A stretch of 64,000 bases of DNA from Narcine bancroftii (taxonomy: Eukaryota), in contig NC_091477.1 of assembly GCF_036971445.1 (NCBI RefSeq), positions 11,160,001-11,224,000 on the forward strand. Direction: 5' to 3'. Below are positions 1-11,769 of the stretch, piece after piece (within the stretch, counting starts at the first letter, position 1; each line of letters starts with the position of its first letter). The notes below the pieces were generated by a model, which did no database searches, was not told where the DNA came from, and saw only the letters and a list, made by a program, of their open reading frames with translations. The translations under genes were made by a program, and so were the position numbers.

Positions 1-1150
1 CATTCAGAGAAAAAAATAGAAGCAAAAGAGAGTCCCCCCCTAGAGTCACTGACTGTCTGTGGATTTGCCTCCAGCTCACCCGCAGCCTCTGCAGTTGCAG
101 AAGCCTCCAGTTCAGTTCAAATCATCGACAACCTGAACCCAGATCCAAACCTCTGACGAGATGAGGAAGCCTTCAGCGCCCAGGGCCCGTCAGGAGCCCT
201 CTTAGTTCTCAGCGTCCTCTCAAATCCAAGCTCCGCTACCTGGTTCTCATGAGCCAGTCTCCAGCAGCCCGCAGCCTGGTGTGAGGCCCTCCACCTCAAG
301 TTGCCAGGAGCCCACAGCCTGGTGTGAGGCCCTCCACCTCAAGTTGCCAGGAGCCCACAGCCTGGTGTGAGGCCCTCCACCTCAAGTTGCCAGGAGCCCA
401 CAGCCTGGTGTGAGGCCCTCCACCTCAAGTTGCCAGGAGCCCACAGCCTGGTGTGAGGCCCTCCACCTCAAGTTGCCAGGAGCCCGCAGCCTGGTGTGAG
501 GCCCTCCACCTCAAGTTGCCAGGAGCCCACAGCCTGGTGTGAGGCCCTCCAGCTCAAGTTGCCAGGAGCCCACAGCCTGGTGTGAGGCCCTCCACCTCAA
601 GTTGCCAGGAGCCCGCAGCCTGGTGTGAGGCCCTCCACCTCAAGTTGCCAGGAGCCCACAGCCTGGTGTGAGGCCCTCCACCTCAAGTTGCCAGGAGCCC
701 GCAGCCTGGTGTGAGGCCCTCCACCTCAAGTTGCCAGGAGCCTGCAGCCTAGTGTGAGGCCCTCCACCTCAAGTTGCCAGGAGCCCGCAGCCTGGTGTGA
801 GGCCCTCCACCTCAAGTTGCCAGCAGCCCGCAGCCTGGTGTGGGCTCCTCGCCCGCAAGTCACCAACACCTCACTGCCTATGTGTGTCCTTCGGCTGCAG
901 AGATCCCCGCAGGTCCCCCACCATGGTCACTGCCCTTAGGGTTGACTCCTCTGCTTCTTAATGAAGAGTGTTCACGCCATTATGGGTGCCTTGCACTAAT
1001 CCACTGCTGCCCCAGAGTCTGCAACCCCTTGTGGCCACTGCCGAACACAGGTGCCCCAATCTTGTGTATAGACTCCACGATAACAGGATTTTAAATAAAA
1101 CACTGTCAGCTCCATAAACAGGCTGTTTAAAGCCTGTATGGAACTGTTGG
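1..1150. mobile_element. Unclassified dispersed repeat hosting the 43-bp array
   Basis: The segments agaagcaaaagagagtcccccc..gtcactga and agccagtctccag..cagcagcccgcagcctg are shared with 46135-46640. Confidence 0.6.
261..842. repeat. 43-bp minisatellite, ~13.5 near-identical copies
   Basis: The unit gcctggtgtgaggccctccacctcaagttgccaggagccc(a/g)ca recurs with period 43 (274, 317 ... 833). Confidence 0.97.
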
Positions 1151-2484
1151 TAGTAGGACTGAGTGGTAGAATCCTTCAGGGTGGGGGGGGGGGGGTGGGG
1201 GGAGTGTTGTGTCTCTGCCGTCCTGTGGTCCACAACAGCAGCGATGACATTTCATAAACTTTTTTTGTGGGAATTCACATTAAATTAATTCAATTTAATT
1301 TAAAAGCTCATATCAGCTCTGCAGGCTATAAAACAATTGGACTGTTATAAGAATCCATGTTTTTACAAGAACGAACTCTGCTGCACTCAACTGGCCTTCC
1401 AGCAGACTGTGTGGCTGGCAATCTCTGGAGATACCTTAGAGTGAGTTACTAAAGGTCAGCAGATCACATCCTGAAGTGACATCGACTTCTTCTTTAATGA
1501 GTTATTAATGGAATCCCAATGGAGAAAGGTATTTTGCTGTCTTTCCATTTTAGGAAAATTCCCAAAGTGGGCGATGGCTTCTAAAGATAGACTGAGTCAC
1601 CAAAATAAGGAATGTGGACAGAAATTGACGTAAGGTTAACTCGATGAATGAGCAAAATATGTGACTATTTAATTGCCTTCAAGTTGTTAACATATTCCTT
1701 TCTCAGTGCTTGCTATCAAATCTCTTGGTCTCCTGGGTAGATAATGCTGATCTCTGGGAACAAATACCAGCATTGACCACTTCCATTCTCATTCTCACTG
1801 GAAGATGTCATTGTGTGGATGTATCTCAGCCAGATGGGAAGTCACTTTCAATTGCCCTCTCCTTAATTATGCCTCAAGTTTAAATTTATTGTCATAGACA
1901 GAAGTACAACATGTAGGTGCAATGAATGTTTTACTTGCTGCAGCTTCCCAGGTACATAAAGCACACAACTCACGAGGAGAGAAAATATATAGTACTAAAG
2001 GAAGCTGGAAAATAAAAAAAAATAAATAAGGCATACAGTGTGAAATGAAATGATGTCATAAAACGATCATCTCCTTACATTCCTACTTCAGGAATTCTAC
2101 TGAGATTGAAACACAAGAAGTCTGCAGAGGCTGTGATTGCAGTAAAACATACTTTGAAGACCGTCTCATGCCTGAAACCTCAGTTATATATCTTTACATC
2201 CTGTAGCATGGTTGCTGCGAGGCCTGCTGAGCTCCTCCTGCACTTCTAGGTTTTTACTCCCTGGAATTCTACTCCCTCTCCATTTGTCAGCCATTAATCA
2301 ATTTTGCATACTGTCACACAGTTTATTTCCACACCGTAAATGCCAAAATTGTCACCATATTTTTATTTAAATACATTGATTACTAATAACCTCGAATTGC
2401 CCTACCCTGTTCATCATTCACAGATTGAGAAAGAAACCAGAGAGTGTGACTCAAAAACGGTGTTTGCTGCTGCTCTGTATCCTG

Positions 2485-3073
2485 CTACAGCATCGGATCC
2501 ACACTGCTGAAGATCCAACTGAGCTGGGTAGGTCACGTCTCCAGAATGGAGGACCATTGCCTTCCCAAGATCGTGTTATATGGCGAGCTCTCCACTGGCC
2601 ACCGTGACAGAGGTGCACCAAAGAAAAGGTACAAGGACTGCCTAAAGAAATCTCTTGGTGCCTGCCACATTGACCACCGCCAATGGGCTGATCTCGCCTC
2701 AAACCGTGCATCTTGGCGCCTCACAGTTCGGCGGGCATCAACCTCCTTTGAAGAAGACCGCAGAGCCCACTTCACTGACAAAAGACAAAGAAGGAAAAAC
2801 CCAACACCCAACCCCAACTCACCAATTTTCCCTTGCAACCGCTGCAACCGCGCCTGCCTGTTGAAGAAGACCGCAGAGCCCACTTCACTGACAAAAGGCA
2901 AAGGAGGAAAAACCCAACACCCAACTCCAACCCACCAATTTTCCCCTGCAACCGCTGCAACCGTGTCTGCCTGTCCCGCATCGGACTTGTCAGCCACAAA
3001 CGAGCCTGCAGCTGACGTGGACATTACCCCTCCATTAATCTTTGTCCGCAAAGCCAAGCCAAAGAAAAGAAGA
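2485..3073 (+). mobile_element. RTE-clade (BovB-like) LINE, 5'-truncated, with internal ~112-bp duplication
   Basis: Encodes the ORF C-terminus MEDH.LPKIVLYGEL...FPCNRCNR..H..C and ends in a gccaagccaaagaa tail. TSD gtatcctg at 2477-2484 and 3074-3081. Confidence 0.93.
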
Positions 3074-3364
3074 GTATCCTGGCACTTGAAAATGAGCAAA
3101 GGCTGCTAAGAAATGGCTTGATTGAGTGAACCAGGAGGAATTGCTCTCACTGGCAGATGAACTTGTGTCTAAAGGTGTCCAATTTACGAATATTGACAGA
3201 AGAAGCAGCAGGGAAAGAAGGAACAAAATATGATCAGGACAGCACAGGGCACAGGAACAACAGGCCTAATGCTGGCAAATGCAATTAATATCAATAAATT
3301 CAACGGTTGGCATGGGAAAGGTGAACTGAGTGGCCCATTTCTGTGCTGTAAGCTGACTCTAAGC

Positions 3365-3725
3365 CAGTGTTTTCAATTTTTTTTCCTTTCCCCTCACATA
3401 CCACCTTAAGTCTTCCCTATGCCAAAGGCGCTCTGTGATTAATAAGGGATGTGAGGGGAAAGAAAAAGTTTGAAAACCACTGTTTGAATTGTACCTCATT
3501 GACTCGTTATGTGCACGGTTTCAGAACTCCAAAGGATATGGGCCAATGACAATGTTTCTCAAGCAAGATATTTCAGTAACAATTGGGTCTAGAGCAGTGG
3601 TTCTCAATATTTTTTTCTCTACTCACGTACCTCCTTAAGCAATCCCTTACTAATCACAGAGCACCGATGGCATAGGGAGTACTTAAGGTGGTACATGAGT
3701 GGAAAGAAAAAGTTTGAGAACCACT
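3365..3725. mobile_element. hAT-like composite MITE, copy 1
   Basis: Two CAGTGGTTCTCAA...TTGAGAACCACTG arms flank a ~110-bp core. Homologous to 5541 and 17970, in the opposite orientation. Confidence 0.85.
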
Positions 3726-3794
3726 TCCGAAGCTTCAGAAGGCAAGCAAATAGAACATCATTGCAGGCTACGAGGAAATTGAAGGAGTAGACTA

Positions 3795-4310
3795 ATTTCA
3801 GATTTCATATTTATTGTCACAGTAGATACATGGCATCACATACAATCCTGAGATTCTTTTTCCTCTGGGCAAGGCAGAATTGCCACTTCTTGGCAGTGTA
3901 AAAATAATGACTCAATGTACACGTAAATAAAGAAATGTAAACTAATTGTGCAATACAGGGAGAGAAAAAAATCAAAGTGCAAAAGTCTTTAAATGAGCCC
4001 CTGATTGAGTTTGTGGTTGAGGAGTCTGATGGTGGAGCGGGGAGCAGCTGTTCCTGAACCTGGTGGTGAGAGTCTTATGGCATCTATACTTCTTTCCTGA
4101 TGGTTGCAGCAAGAACAGAGCATGTGTGGGGTGCTGTGGATCTCTGATGAATGCTGCTACTCTCCGATGGCAGTATTCCCTGTCGATGTTTTCAATGGTG
4201 GGGGAAGGTTTTACCCATGATGTCCTGGGCTGTGTCCACTACCTTTTGCAAGGATTTACCCTTGGGGATATTGGTGTTCCCATACCAGACCATGATGCAG
4301 CTGGTCAGAC
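3795..4310 (-). mobile_element. Rex1/Babar-like LINE 3' fragment
   Basis: The minus strand encodes a TTRFRNSC.PSTIRLLN-like ORF end, followed by an aataaa..tctgaa tail. Confidence 0.75.
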
Positions 4311-5160
4311 TAAGCAGATTGCTATTTCAAAGGGCTAGCAAAGGCATTATGTACCAAAAGGCTTGTGCATCATTCATCTGATTCATTTGACCTATTTTTG
4401 TTCTCTATCTTCCTTCCCTGCAAGTATTGTTTTTCAATGTCTGTGTGGTTTCACTGGTAGTATTTGCATTATACCGTGGTGCATTTTTCAATTATAATTT
4501 CCATGTGTAAGCTTTGGTTCTGACTTTTTGACCACCTCGAACATGTTTGCCGGATGCAAATGAATTTACTTTGGGAGTGGCCACTTATATTAATTTTAAT
4601 CTCTCCATGGACTTTCAAGTAGGACTCTAGCCACATCATGTGCAAGTACCACCATCACTGAAGTCCATCTCCTTCAGAGTGCTCCTTGATAGATGGCCTG
4701 AGACCAACATGCACTAGATGTTAAACTTGAAGCCCCAATGAATACTTCATTGGTGCAGCCAAAGTGAGTCTTACTATACAGTTTTTAAAAAAAAAAACAA
4801 AGTTATTTTTTCAGTGACTGTAAATACTAGTAAAACCACATCTCATCTCATATCTCAAAAGTCCCTTTAGAGAATAAGTTGATTTCAGACACCATCTTTA
4901 TCATTTCCTGTAATGTCATTTTTTCCAAATTCACAACAGACTTAACTGCATAAATCAAGTTCGCAATCTTTGGTGGTATCAGTTATTTTAAACTCAGTGA
5001 AGGTAGCCTTTTTCCATATCTATGTACTTGTTTGGTTTCTAAATGTGTTCATATTTCTTGAAATAAATCATATATGTTCATTCAGGCCTTCTGGCCATCA
5101 AAGCATAATAATTTAGAACATTCTCACAAGAAATTTCATAAGACAGAATAAATTTTTATT

Positions 5161-5345
5161 TACCATATATACTCATGTAAAAGTTGATCTCATGTAAAAG
5201 TCAAAACACCCTCACCACCACCCCACCACCACCCCACCACTATTTTCGGTTAAAAATTCTGGAACTTTCTATCTATCTCATGTAAGAGGCGACACAAGTT
5301 TTTCACCTCGGTCCCCCGGCTACCCTCCGATCGGAACTTCCGACG
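5161..5345. mobile_element. Tc1/mariner (Tc2/pogo-like) terminal fragment
   Basis: Starts TA|CCATATATACTCATGTAAAAG with repeated tcatgtaaaag motifs, resembling TACCGTATATACTCG..TAAG termini. Confidence 0.45.
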
Positions 5346-5540
5346 TCTCCAACGACACAGTTCCTCCAGCAAAAGTGATTTTTGCTTCAGATTCCAGTGT
5401 CTGCAATTGCTTGTGTCTCCAGTATGCTTTACCTGGTTGAGAAATCTAGAACCAAAATAAGAGGCGAGTCATGAATAACTGAGATGAGAACAAATTTTTT
5501 CACTCAGACTATTCTTTTAATTCTCCACCTGGGAGTAGAA

Positions 5541-5866
5541 CAGTGGTTCTCAACCTTTTTCTTTCCACTCACATACCACTTTAAGTAATTCCTATGCCAT
5601 CGGCGCTCTGTGATTATTAAGGGATTGCTTAAGGTGGTATGTGAGTGGGAAGGGAAGGTTGTGAATCGCTGCTCTCGACCTAATTGTTACTGAAATATTT
5701 TACTTGAGAAAAATTGTCATTGGCCCATTTCCTTTGGAGTTATGAAACCGTGCATATAAGCAGACAATTAGGTATGGTTAAAACAGTGGTTGTCAACCTT
5801 TTTCTTTCCACCCACATACCACCTTATGCAATCCCTTACTATCACAGAGCACCTAAAGTGGTATAG
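5541..5866. mobile_element. hAT-like composite MITE, copy 2 (right end truncated)
   Basis: cagtggttctcaacc arm, core, then a second cagtggttgtcaacc arm. Confidence 0.85.
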
Positions 5867-6284
5867 AGTATTCAGCTGTTAAGTTAATTCAAACCTCAGA
5901 TTAAAAGATTTTTTAATGTTAAGAGAATCAAGAACAGGGGTATAGTGTATGAAAATGGCATTAAGGTGGAAAATCTTGATCTGTATGTATGGTGGAGCAG
6001 GCTTGAAGGGCCAAGTAGCTTTATTCTGCTCTTAATTCATAAATTCTTATAAACTCCCTCCTTTCCAATCATACCTTTATAGAGGGTTATGACTTTTTCC
6101 AATGCTGGTATTGGAATCACGCAGGGAGAATCAGTTTGTCTCCATGAGTTAGAGTTTTTTCAAGGGTGGAACTAAAGTTATCCTTGGCCTAAGATGTAGC
6201 TTCCAAGCATGTGATGTATGTACTGATGACTGTAGTGTGTTGAGTTTCTGTGGGAATGAGCCAAATGGTCATGAGATATTCACT

Positions 6285-6755
6285 TATTCCACAGGGGAGG
6301 GCACTTGGATTCGAGATCAGACAATATTTAACAAAACTCAACCCAGAACCCTCCAAATGGATGGCATTAATATCAACGTCCTGTTTCCATTAAACCCTCC
6401 CCCTTATTTTTCCCCCTGTTGCCTTTCCCCCAGCTCTGACTCCCTCTCTCCCTCTCTTCCCTTTTTCCTCTGTTTCCTTTCACAGAGCCAAAAATTAATT
6501 CTCAACTTTCCTCATCCAATTAGCACCTTTTGGTTTTTGATCTGGACTCCACCCCCTCAAATTCTTCCACCTTTCTCTCTCCAGTCTTTATCCAGCTGCC
6601 TTCCTGTACTTTGCTTCTACCCTTGTAGAAAGGCTCAGGCTCGAAACACCGGTGATATACCTTTACCTCCTATGGACACTACGAGACCGGCTGAGTTCCT
6701 TCAACATTTTTGTGGGATGCAATCACAGTAACTGCAGACTTTCATATTTCACTTC
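6285..6755 (+). mobile_element. Penelope-like element 3' end
   Basis: End of the endonuclease ORF (ctccaaatggatggcattaatatcaac), a pyrimidine-rich UTR, then the aggctcaggctcgaaac tail shared with other copies. Confidence 0.7.
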
Positions 6756-7996
6756 ATCCTAGAACCCATCCTGTTCATTGGTAGCTAGGGATCCAAGGAG
6801 TAATGGGGCCAAGTGGCTATTTCTGTTCCAAGAATTCAAAATAATTTTACAAGTAATTGACTTAATGAAGCAAATGTTCAAGTCACACCATTTATATGTA
6901 CAAGGGGAGATGATATAAAACATACAAATATTAAGACTATTGTGATGTGAAAGGGTTAATTGCAATCAAGTTACAAGTGCTTCTACGTTTTTTTTAAATT
7001 GCCATCTGTCAGGAAATTAGTGTTGAGCAGACAAGCAAACTCTAACATCCGCTTGTCTGGAATTAAAGGATGGGAATACACTTGTAGCCAACGAATAAAG
7101 CAAGTTCATTTATTCTGTGAAATTTAGTATTGTTTGCATTGGAAACTTCATACCCGATGTTAATGGTAACTTTAAAAACGATAACTGTTCACTCCATATA
7201 AGGGAGTGTGTTCCCTTTTAGCAGAAAATATGCACATTGCAAAGTCCAGTCGAGCAGATGATGGAAACAAACGGATTTTCGGTTAGGTGTGAAAATCCGT
7301 GTGAGTCGGTTTTGGAAAAATGTTAGACTGTGTTGTTTGTTCCCTGGCTGATGGGGTTGTGTTGCTCGATCTGGTGCAACACTAAGTGAACATCAACTAA
7401 AATCATTCCTTAAATTTTATTTGGGGGAAATGGGGCATTGAAGGAGGTGTGGGTGGCAATCAGGTAGGGCAGACAAGGAAATCAGGAAGGAGCTGATGAA
7501 GAAACAAAGGAAGAACCATCACTGTAAACTGAAGGGAGAAGTTCGGAGAGCAATTTTCCACCACTCTGCTTCCGAGTGATGCTTGTACCAAAAAGAAGAA
7601 AATGAGGCAAGAAAGTTCAGGCTCAGGCCCGTAACACTGCTTGCCTTCTCCTTCCTATGGATGCTGCGAGACCTGCTGAGTTTCACCGGCACTTTTATGT
7701 ATTGTAGGAAGAATCCCATATCTCCATGTTGATTCAGAACTGCAAAGCAGAAACTTTTCTGTACGATATCTGTGAATGAAAGGGGAGGATCAAATGTAAA
7801 TTTCATTTCAGGGAAATAATTGATAAACTCCTATTGTGCAGTAATGATGGTATGTATATGAGCTAGATTGAGGGGAATTTGCACAAGGGTTTGGAAGCAG
7901 TTGTTATGTTTGAAAAATGAGGAAGCTTCTTTTCTGCATTAAGATGGGGATTGGTTTTGTTGAGAAAAGGCACCAGTTTTCATACTTGGTCTAAAA

Positions 7997-8229
7997 TAGC
8001 CATTCTCAATCTTTTTTCAGATATGGTCCTCCTAGGACTCCACTCAAAGTTTATGGGCCCCCTTCCTTGTGAAGCAATCAAGGTTTGGTTTCCTCAGTAC
8101 TCCTTTCCTGCCCACTACATTAAAAAAAAATTAAAAATAATGTTACATGAAGTGAAAAGAAAACAAAGTTTTTATTTAAATATGCTGTGGCCCTCAGGAT
8201 AGCAAAAGGGTGCTTGTTGCGAATGGCTG
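7997..8229. mobile_element. hAT-like MITE family 2, copy 1
   Basis: TIR (c/t)agccattc...gaatggctg. The 8-bp flanks gtctaaaa/gtcgaaag match at 6/8. Homologous to 51733-51957. Confidence 0.75.
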
Positions 8230-8679
8230 GTCGAAAGTATATTTTTTCTGGCATCATTTATGCCTTTGTAACCTCTAATTTTGACCATTTCGGTGCTGTG
8301 AGACCCAATATCCCATCCCCTTCCACTATAAACAGCGGCCCATCCTAAAGTCTTAAGGTCCTTTTCTATCCTGGAAGAAATAATGTCCTTATTAACCTGC
8401 ACTGACACTTGATCTTCTAACTCCCTAGATTCATCATTACCATTGAGATGTCTTCCTTCATGGCCATTGTACTAGTACAAACGCATTTCTAGGATTCAGA
8501 TCAAAGAACACTTCAGCATATCTAAATGACAAATAATATATTCATTTTTTAATCCATTACTATAACTATAAGTAAATAAATATGGGGAAAAACTGCAAGT
8601 ACACTAATAAAATAACAAAACAACCAGGACACAGATATGCAAACGAGTCTCCCATACCTCTGCCCATTGCTGACTTGGC

Positions 8680-9115
8680 ACAAATGATGGGCTGGTCTCA
8701 AGAGCACAAGGGTCATTGACATGGAGTTCCATCTGGTTTGAGGAGACATCTGATGTACTGGCTCGGTACTTGGAAATATATGGGTTAAAACTCCATGCTT
8801 CTTTCCTAAACTCTACAGCCATTCAGAGAGCTTCCCCCCTCCCCTACACTTCTCAGCATTTTTCCCTTTGTCCTCGCACCCACATCCGCCAATGACCTCT
8901 GGCTTGTTGGCCCCTGCTTCTCCCGCTGCCCCTTCTCCCCCCATCTTTTTATTCAGGCACCTGCCTGGTTTATGCTCATACCTTGATGAAGGGCTCAGAC
9001 CCGAAACGTTGGTTATATATTGTTGTTTCCGATGGATGCCGCATAACCTGATGGGTTTCTCCAGCACTTTTGTCTATTTAACTACAATCGCAGCATCTGC
9101 AGACTTTCTTGTTTA
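8680..9115 (+). mobile_element. Penelope-like element 3' end with hammerhead-like motif
   Basis: ttgatgaagggctcagacccgaaacgtt at 8983-9010, followed by the conserved ...ctccagca..tctgcagac tail. Confidence 0.75.
8983..9010 (+). ncRNA. Minimal hammerhead-ribozyme-like motif (C3U variant) in a Penelope tail
   Basis: UUGAUGA - A - GGG/CCC stem II - GAAA - CG - UU, with palindromic ACGU in place of helix III. Activity is not shown. Confidence 0.5.
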
Positions 9116-9439
9116 ACATCAAATTCTTTGCACCTATTCTGATGAAGTGGAGTTCAAGCCTTTTTATTTTACCATCAGTGTATTGCAGGAATGACCAGAC
9201 ACAGCACTGTGCTCATCTCTTCTTGTTTGCAGAGTACTGGGTAGGCCAAAGATGCTTTCATGAGCTAAGTATAAGTTCTGATTTCAAAATCTCCCAAAGC
9301 ATTTTTACTTCTGATGTGCTGAGTGTGAGGGTGACTTTTCTAGCTCCCCAAGAATCTTGACGACAAGAGTGACTGCAGTTGCAGGAATCTGGATCAAAAA
9401 TCAGACCACTGGAAGAACTCAGCCAGTCAAGAAGTAGAA

Positions 9440-10608
9440 AACCTTTCCTTTAGAGAATGGGAGAGAAAAGGGATCAAAAGAATAGAAAATTGTTTTTCGG
9501 GAAATAAATTATTATCTTTTGAACAAATGAAGGACAAATGTGGTATAACTCACGGTACAATGTTTGCATACCACCAACTGAAAACCTACTTGAAGGACAA
9601 ATTGGGAAGCAGACTGAGGTTACCAGAAGGAAGCAATTTTGAATATGTGATTACAGACACAATGATAATTAAAAGATTTATTACAAACATGTACATCAAA
9701 CTGCAAGAGAAAGAGAACGAGGAAACAAGCTGTAAACCTAAACAAAAATGGGAACAAGATCTAAAGATAAAGATAAAGAATGAAACATGGGAAAAGCTAT
9801 GCTCCGGAACTATGAGAAATACAGTAAACACGAGGTTACGCATGATACAATATAATTGGTTACACAGGCTATACACCACGCCCCAAAAGTTAAATAATTG
9901 GGACCCAACAGTATCAGAGAGATGTTTTTGTTGTAAGAAGGAAACGATACATGGAATTTGGGCATGTGAGAAAGTGGAAAAGTTTTGGGAAGATCTAAAC
10001 CAGGTATTAAATAAAATCACAAAAAGCAACATACCAAAAAATCCAGAGATCGATCTTCTAAGTAATATAAGAACTTGGACTCGATTTGGATGGAGCACAA
10101 AAAAGATTTATTATGATAGCCTTAGCTGTAGCAAAAAAAAATGTATTGTCAACCTGGAAATTAGAAGATAGCCTGAGAATACAGCAATGGTACATAGAAA
10201 TTAATAAATGTATTCCATTGGAAAAAATAACATATAATTTAAGAAATAACATTACAGTATTTGAACAAATTTGGGAACCGTACATGGAACACAACAGAGA
10301 AGTCCTACCGCGGACCTCCACCCCCTAAAATGACAGAAGGAGAAGAAGATGAAACGAACTGACCCAGTATGTAAAAGGAGATGATACAAATTTCTTGTTT
10401 ATTATCATTGTGTGATGACATTGTTTAATGGGTTCAATGTATCATACAGGTTGAACGTTGAGTGGGTGGGGAGGGGGTGTAGGAAGGAGGGAAGGGAGGG
10501 GGAAAAAGGGGAGAAAATGACACTGTGTATATTCAAGAGGGAAATGTTTGTGTGTATTTTGGTTAGTATGGTTCATAGTGTGAGAAATAAAAAAATTTAA
10601 AAAAAAAG
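9440..10608 (+). mobile_element. L1/Tx1-like LINE 3' portion with A-rich tail, nested in a Penelope tail
   Basis: ORF2 C-terminus with QYNWLHRLY..C..C...H..WAC zinc knuckle, G-rich UTR, aataaa and poly(A). The flanks 9365-9435 and 10610-10670 join up as one Penelope tail. Confidence 0.9.
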
Positions 10609-10769
10609 AAATATCTGTGGAGACGAATGTTGTTTGCCAATGTTTCGGACTGAGACCTTGCATCGGGACTGTAACGTAAGCATTAAATGCAATTGAAATG
10701 GAGTTATCAGCTAACAGCAACCAGGATCTGAGAAATGGCTACCTTGGATAAACAGAAATCACAGGATCG

Positions 10770-11440
10770 AGACATGTATAAGTTTGATGATTTTTGGGTG
10801 GCCTTGATTTGGCAATTCATGAGGCCATAGACAAACATGTCGGTGTGGGAATAAGGCACAGAATTGAAATGAGTGGCCACTGGGAGGACCCTGTTATTGC
10901 AGCAGACAGTGCAAAGGTGTCAATGGAAGGGTCTCCAGTCTGTGTCCAGTATCTCTCATGTGTAGGAGGCCACAACAGGAGCACTGGCTGCAATAGATGA
11001 CCCCTGCAGATTTGCAAGAGAATTGTAGCATTTTCTGCAGTTACAGGGGTAAGTACCAAGGGAATGGTTCATGGGAAGGGAGGAGTGGACAAGGGAGTGG
11101 TCACTGCAGAAGGTGCAGAAGGGGGAAGATGCGTCTGGTGATGGAATCACGGTGTAGGTGACGGACATGGTGGAGGATTATATATTGGATGCGGAGGCTG
11201 GTGGGGTGGAAGGTGAGGACAAGGAGAATCCTGTCCTTATTGCACGTGGGTGCCAGAGCAGATCCGCAGGAAATAAAGGAGATGCAAGTAAAGGCTGAGT
11301 TGATGGTGGTAGAGGGGAAGCCACATCTTTTGCAGAAGGAAGGCATCTCGGGTGACCTGGAAAGGAAGATCTCGCCCTGCAAGCAGATGCAAAGGAGACG
11401 GAGGAATTGAGAGAGAAAAAAAGTATTTGATGTGGCCTGC
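10770..11440 (-). mobile_element. Penelope-like element fragment (RT C-terminus/GIY-YIG region), degraded
   Basis: Minus-strand ORFs RGFPSTTINSA..DRILLVLTFHPTSLRIQ.IIL are homologous to 20011-21330. Confidence 0.85.
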
Positions 11441-11769
11441 CCTTCACACTGGAATGAAGTAAACTGCAGCCCCCGTAATGCAGCAACAACCAGACATCCG
11501 ACTGCACCTCACCATTTCCTGGTGGAAGGCTGAAAACTGAAAGTCATACAATGAATCCAATGTCAGTCCTGACCACAGCAAGTCCCAAAGTACTTTCCAG
11601 CCAATGAAGTACATTTGAACTGTAATCAATTTTGTAATGAAGGTAGCACAGCAGCCACTTTGTATACAGCAAAACCCTGAATGCATCAAGGAGATAAGTA
11701 TATGATATGCTGTTTTAATGAAGTTGGTTAAAGAATAACTTTGGCCAGATCACTGAAGGCAACAAGTAT

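Noticed and set aside
261-842. CRISPR-like array
   Set aside because: The units are contiguous with no unique spacers, there are no cas genes, and the context is eukaryotic; it is a minisatellite.
2451-3109. Multiple overlapping ORFs, repeated at 41348-42253 and 58707-59204
   Set aside because: They are alternative or antisense frames of the same RTE 3' end, not host genes.
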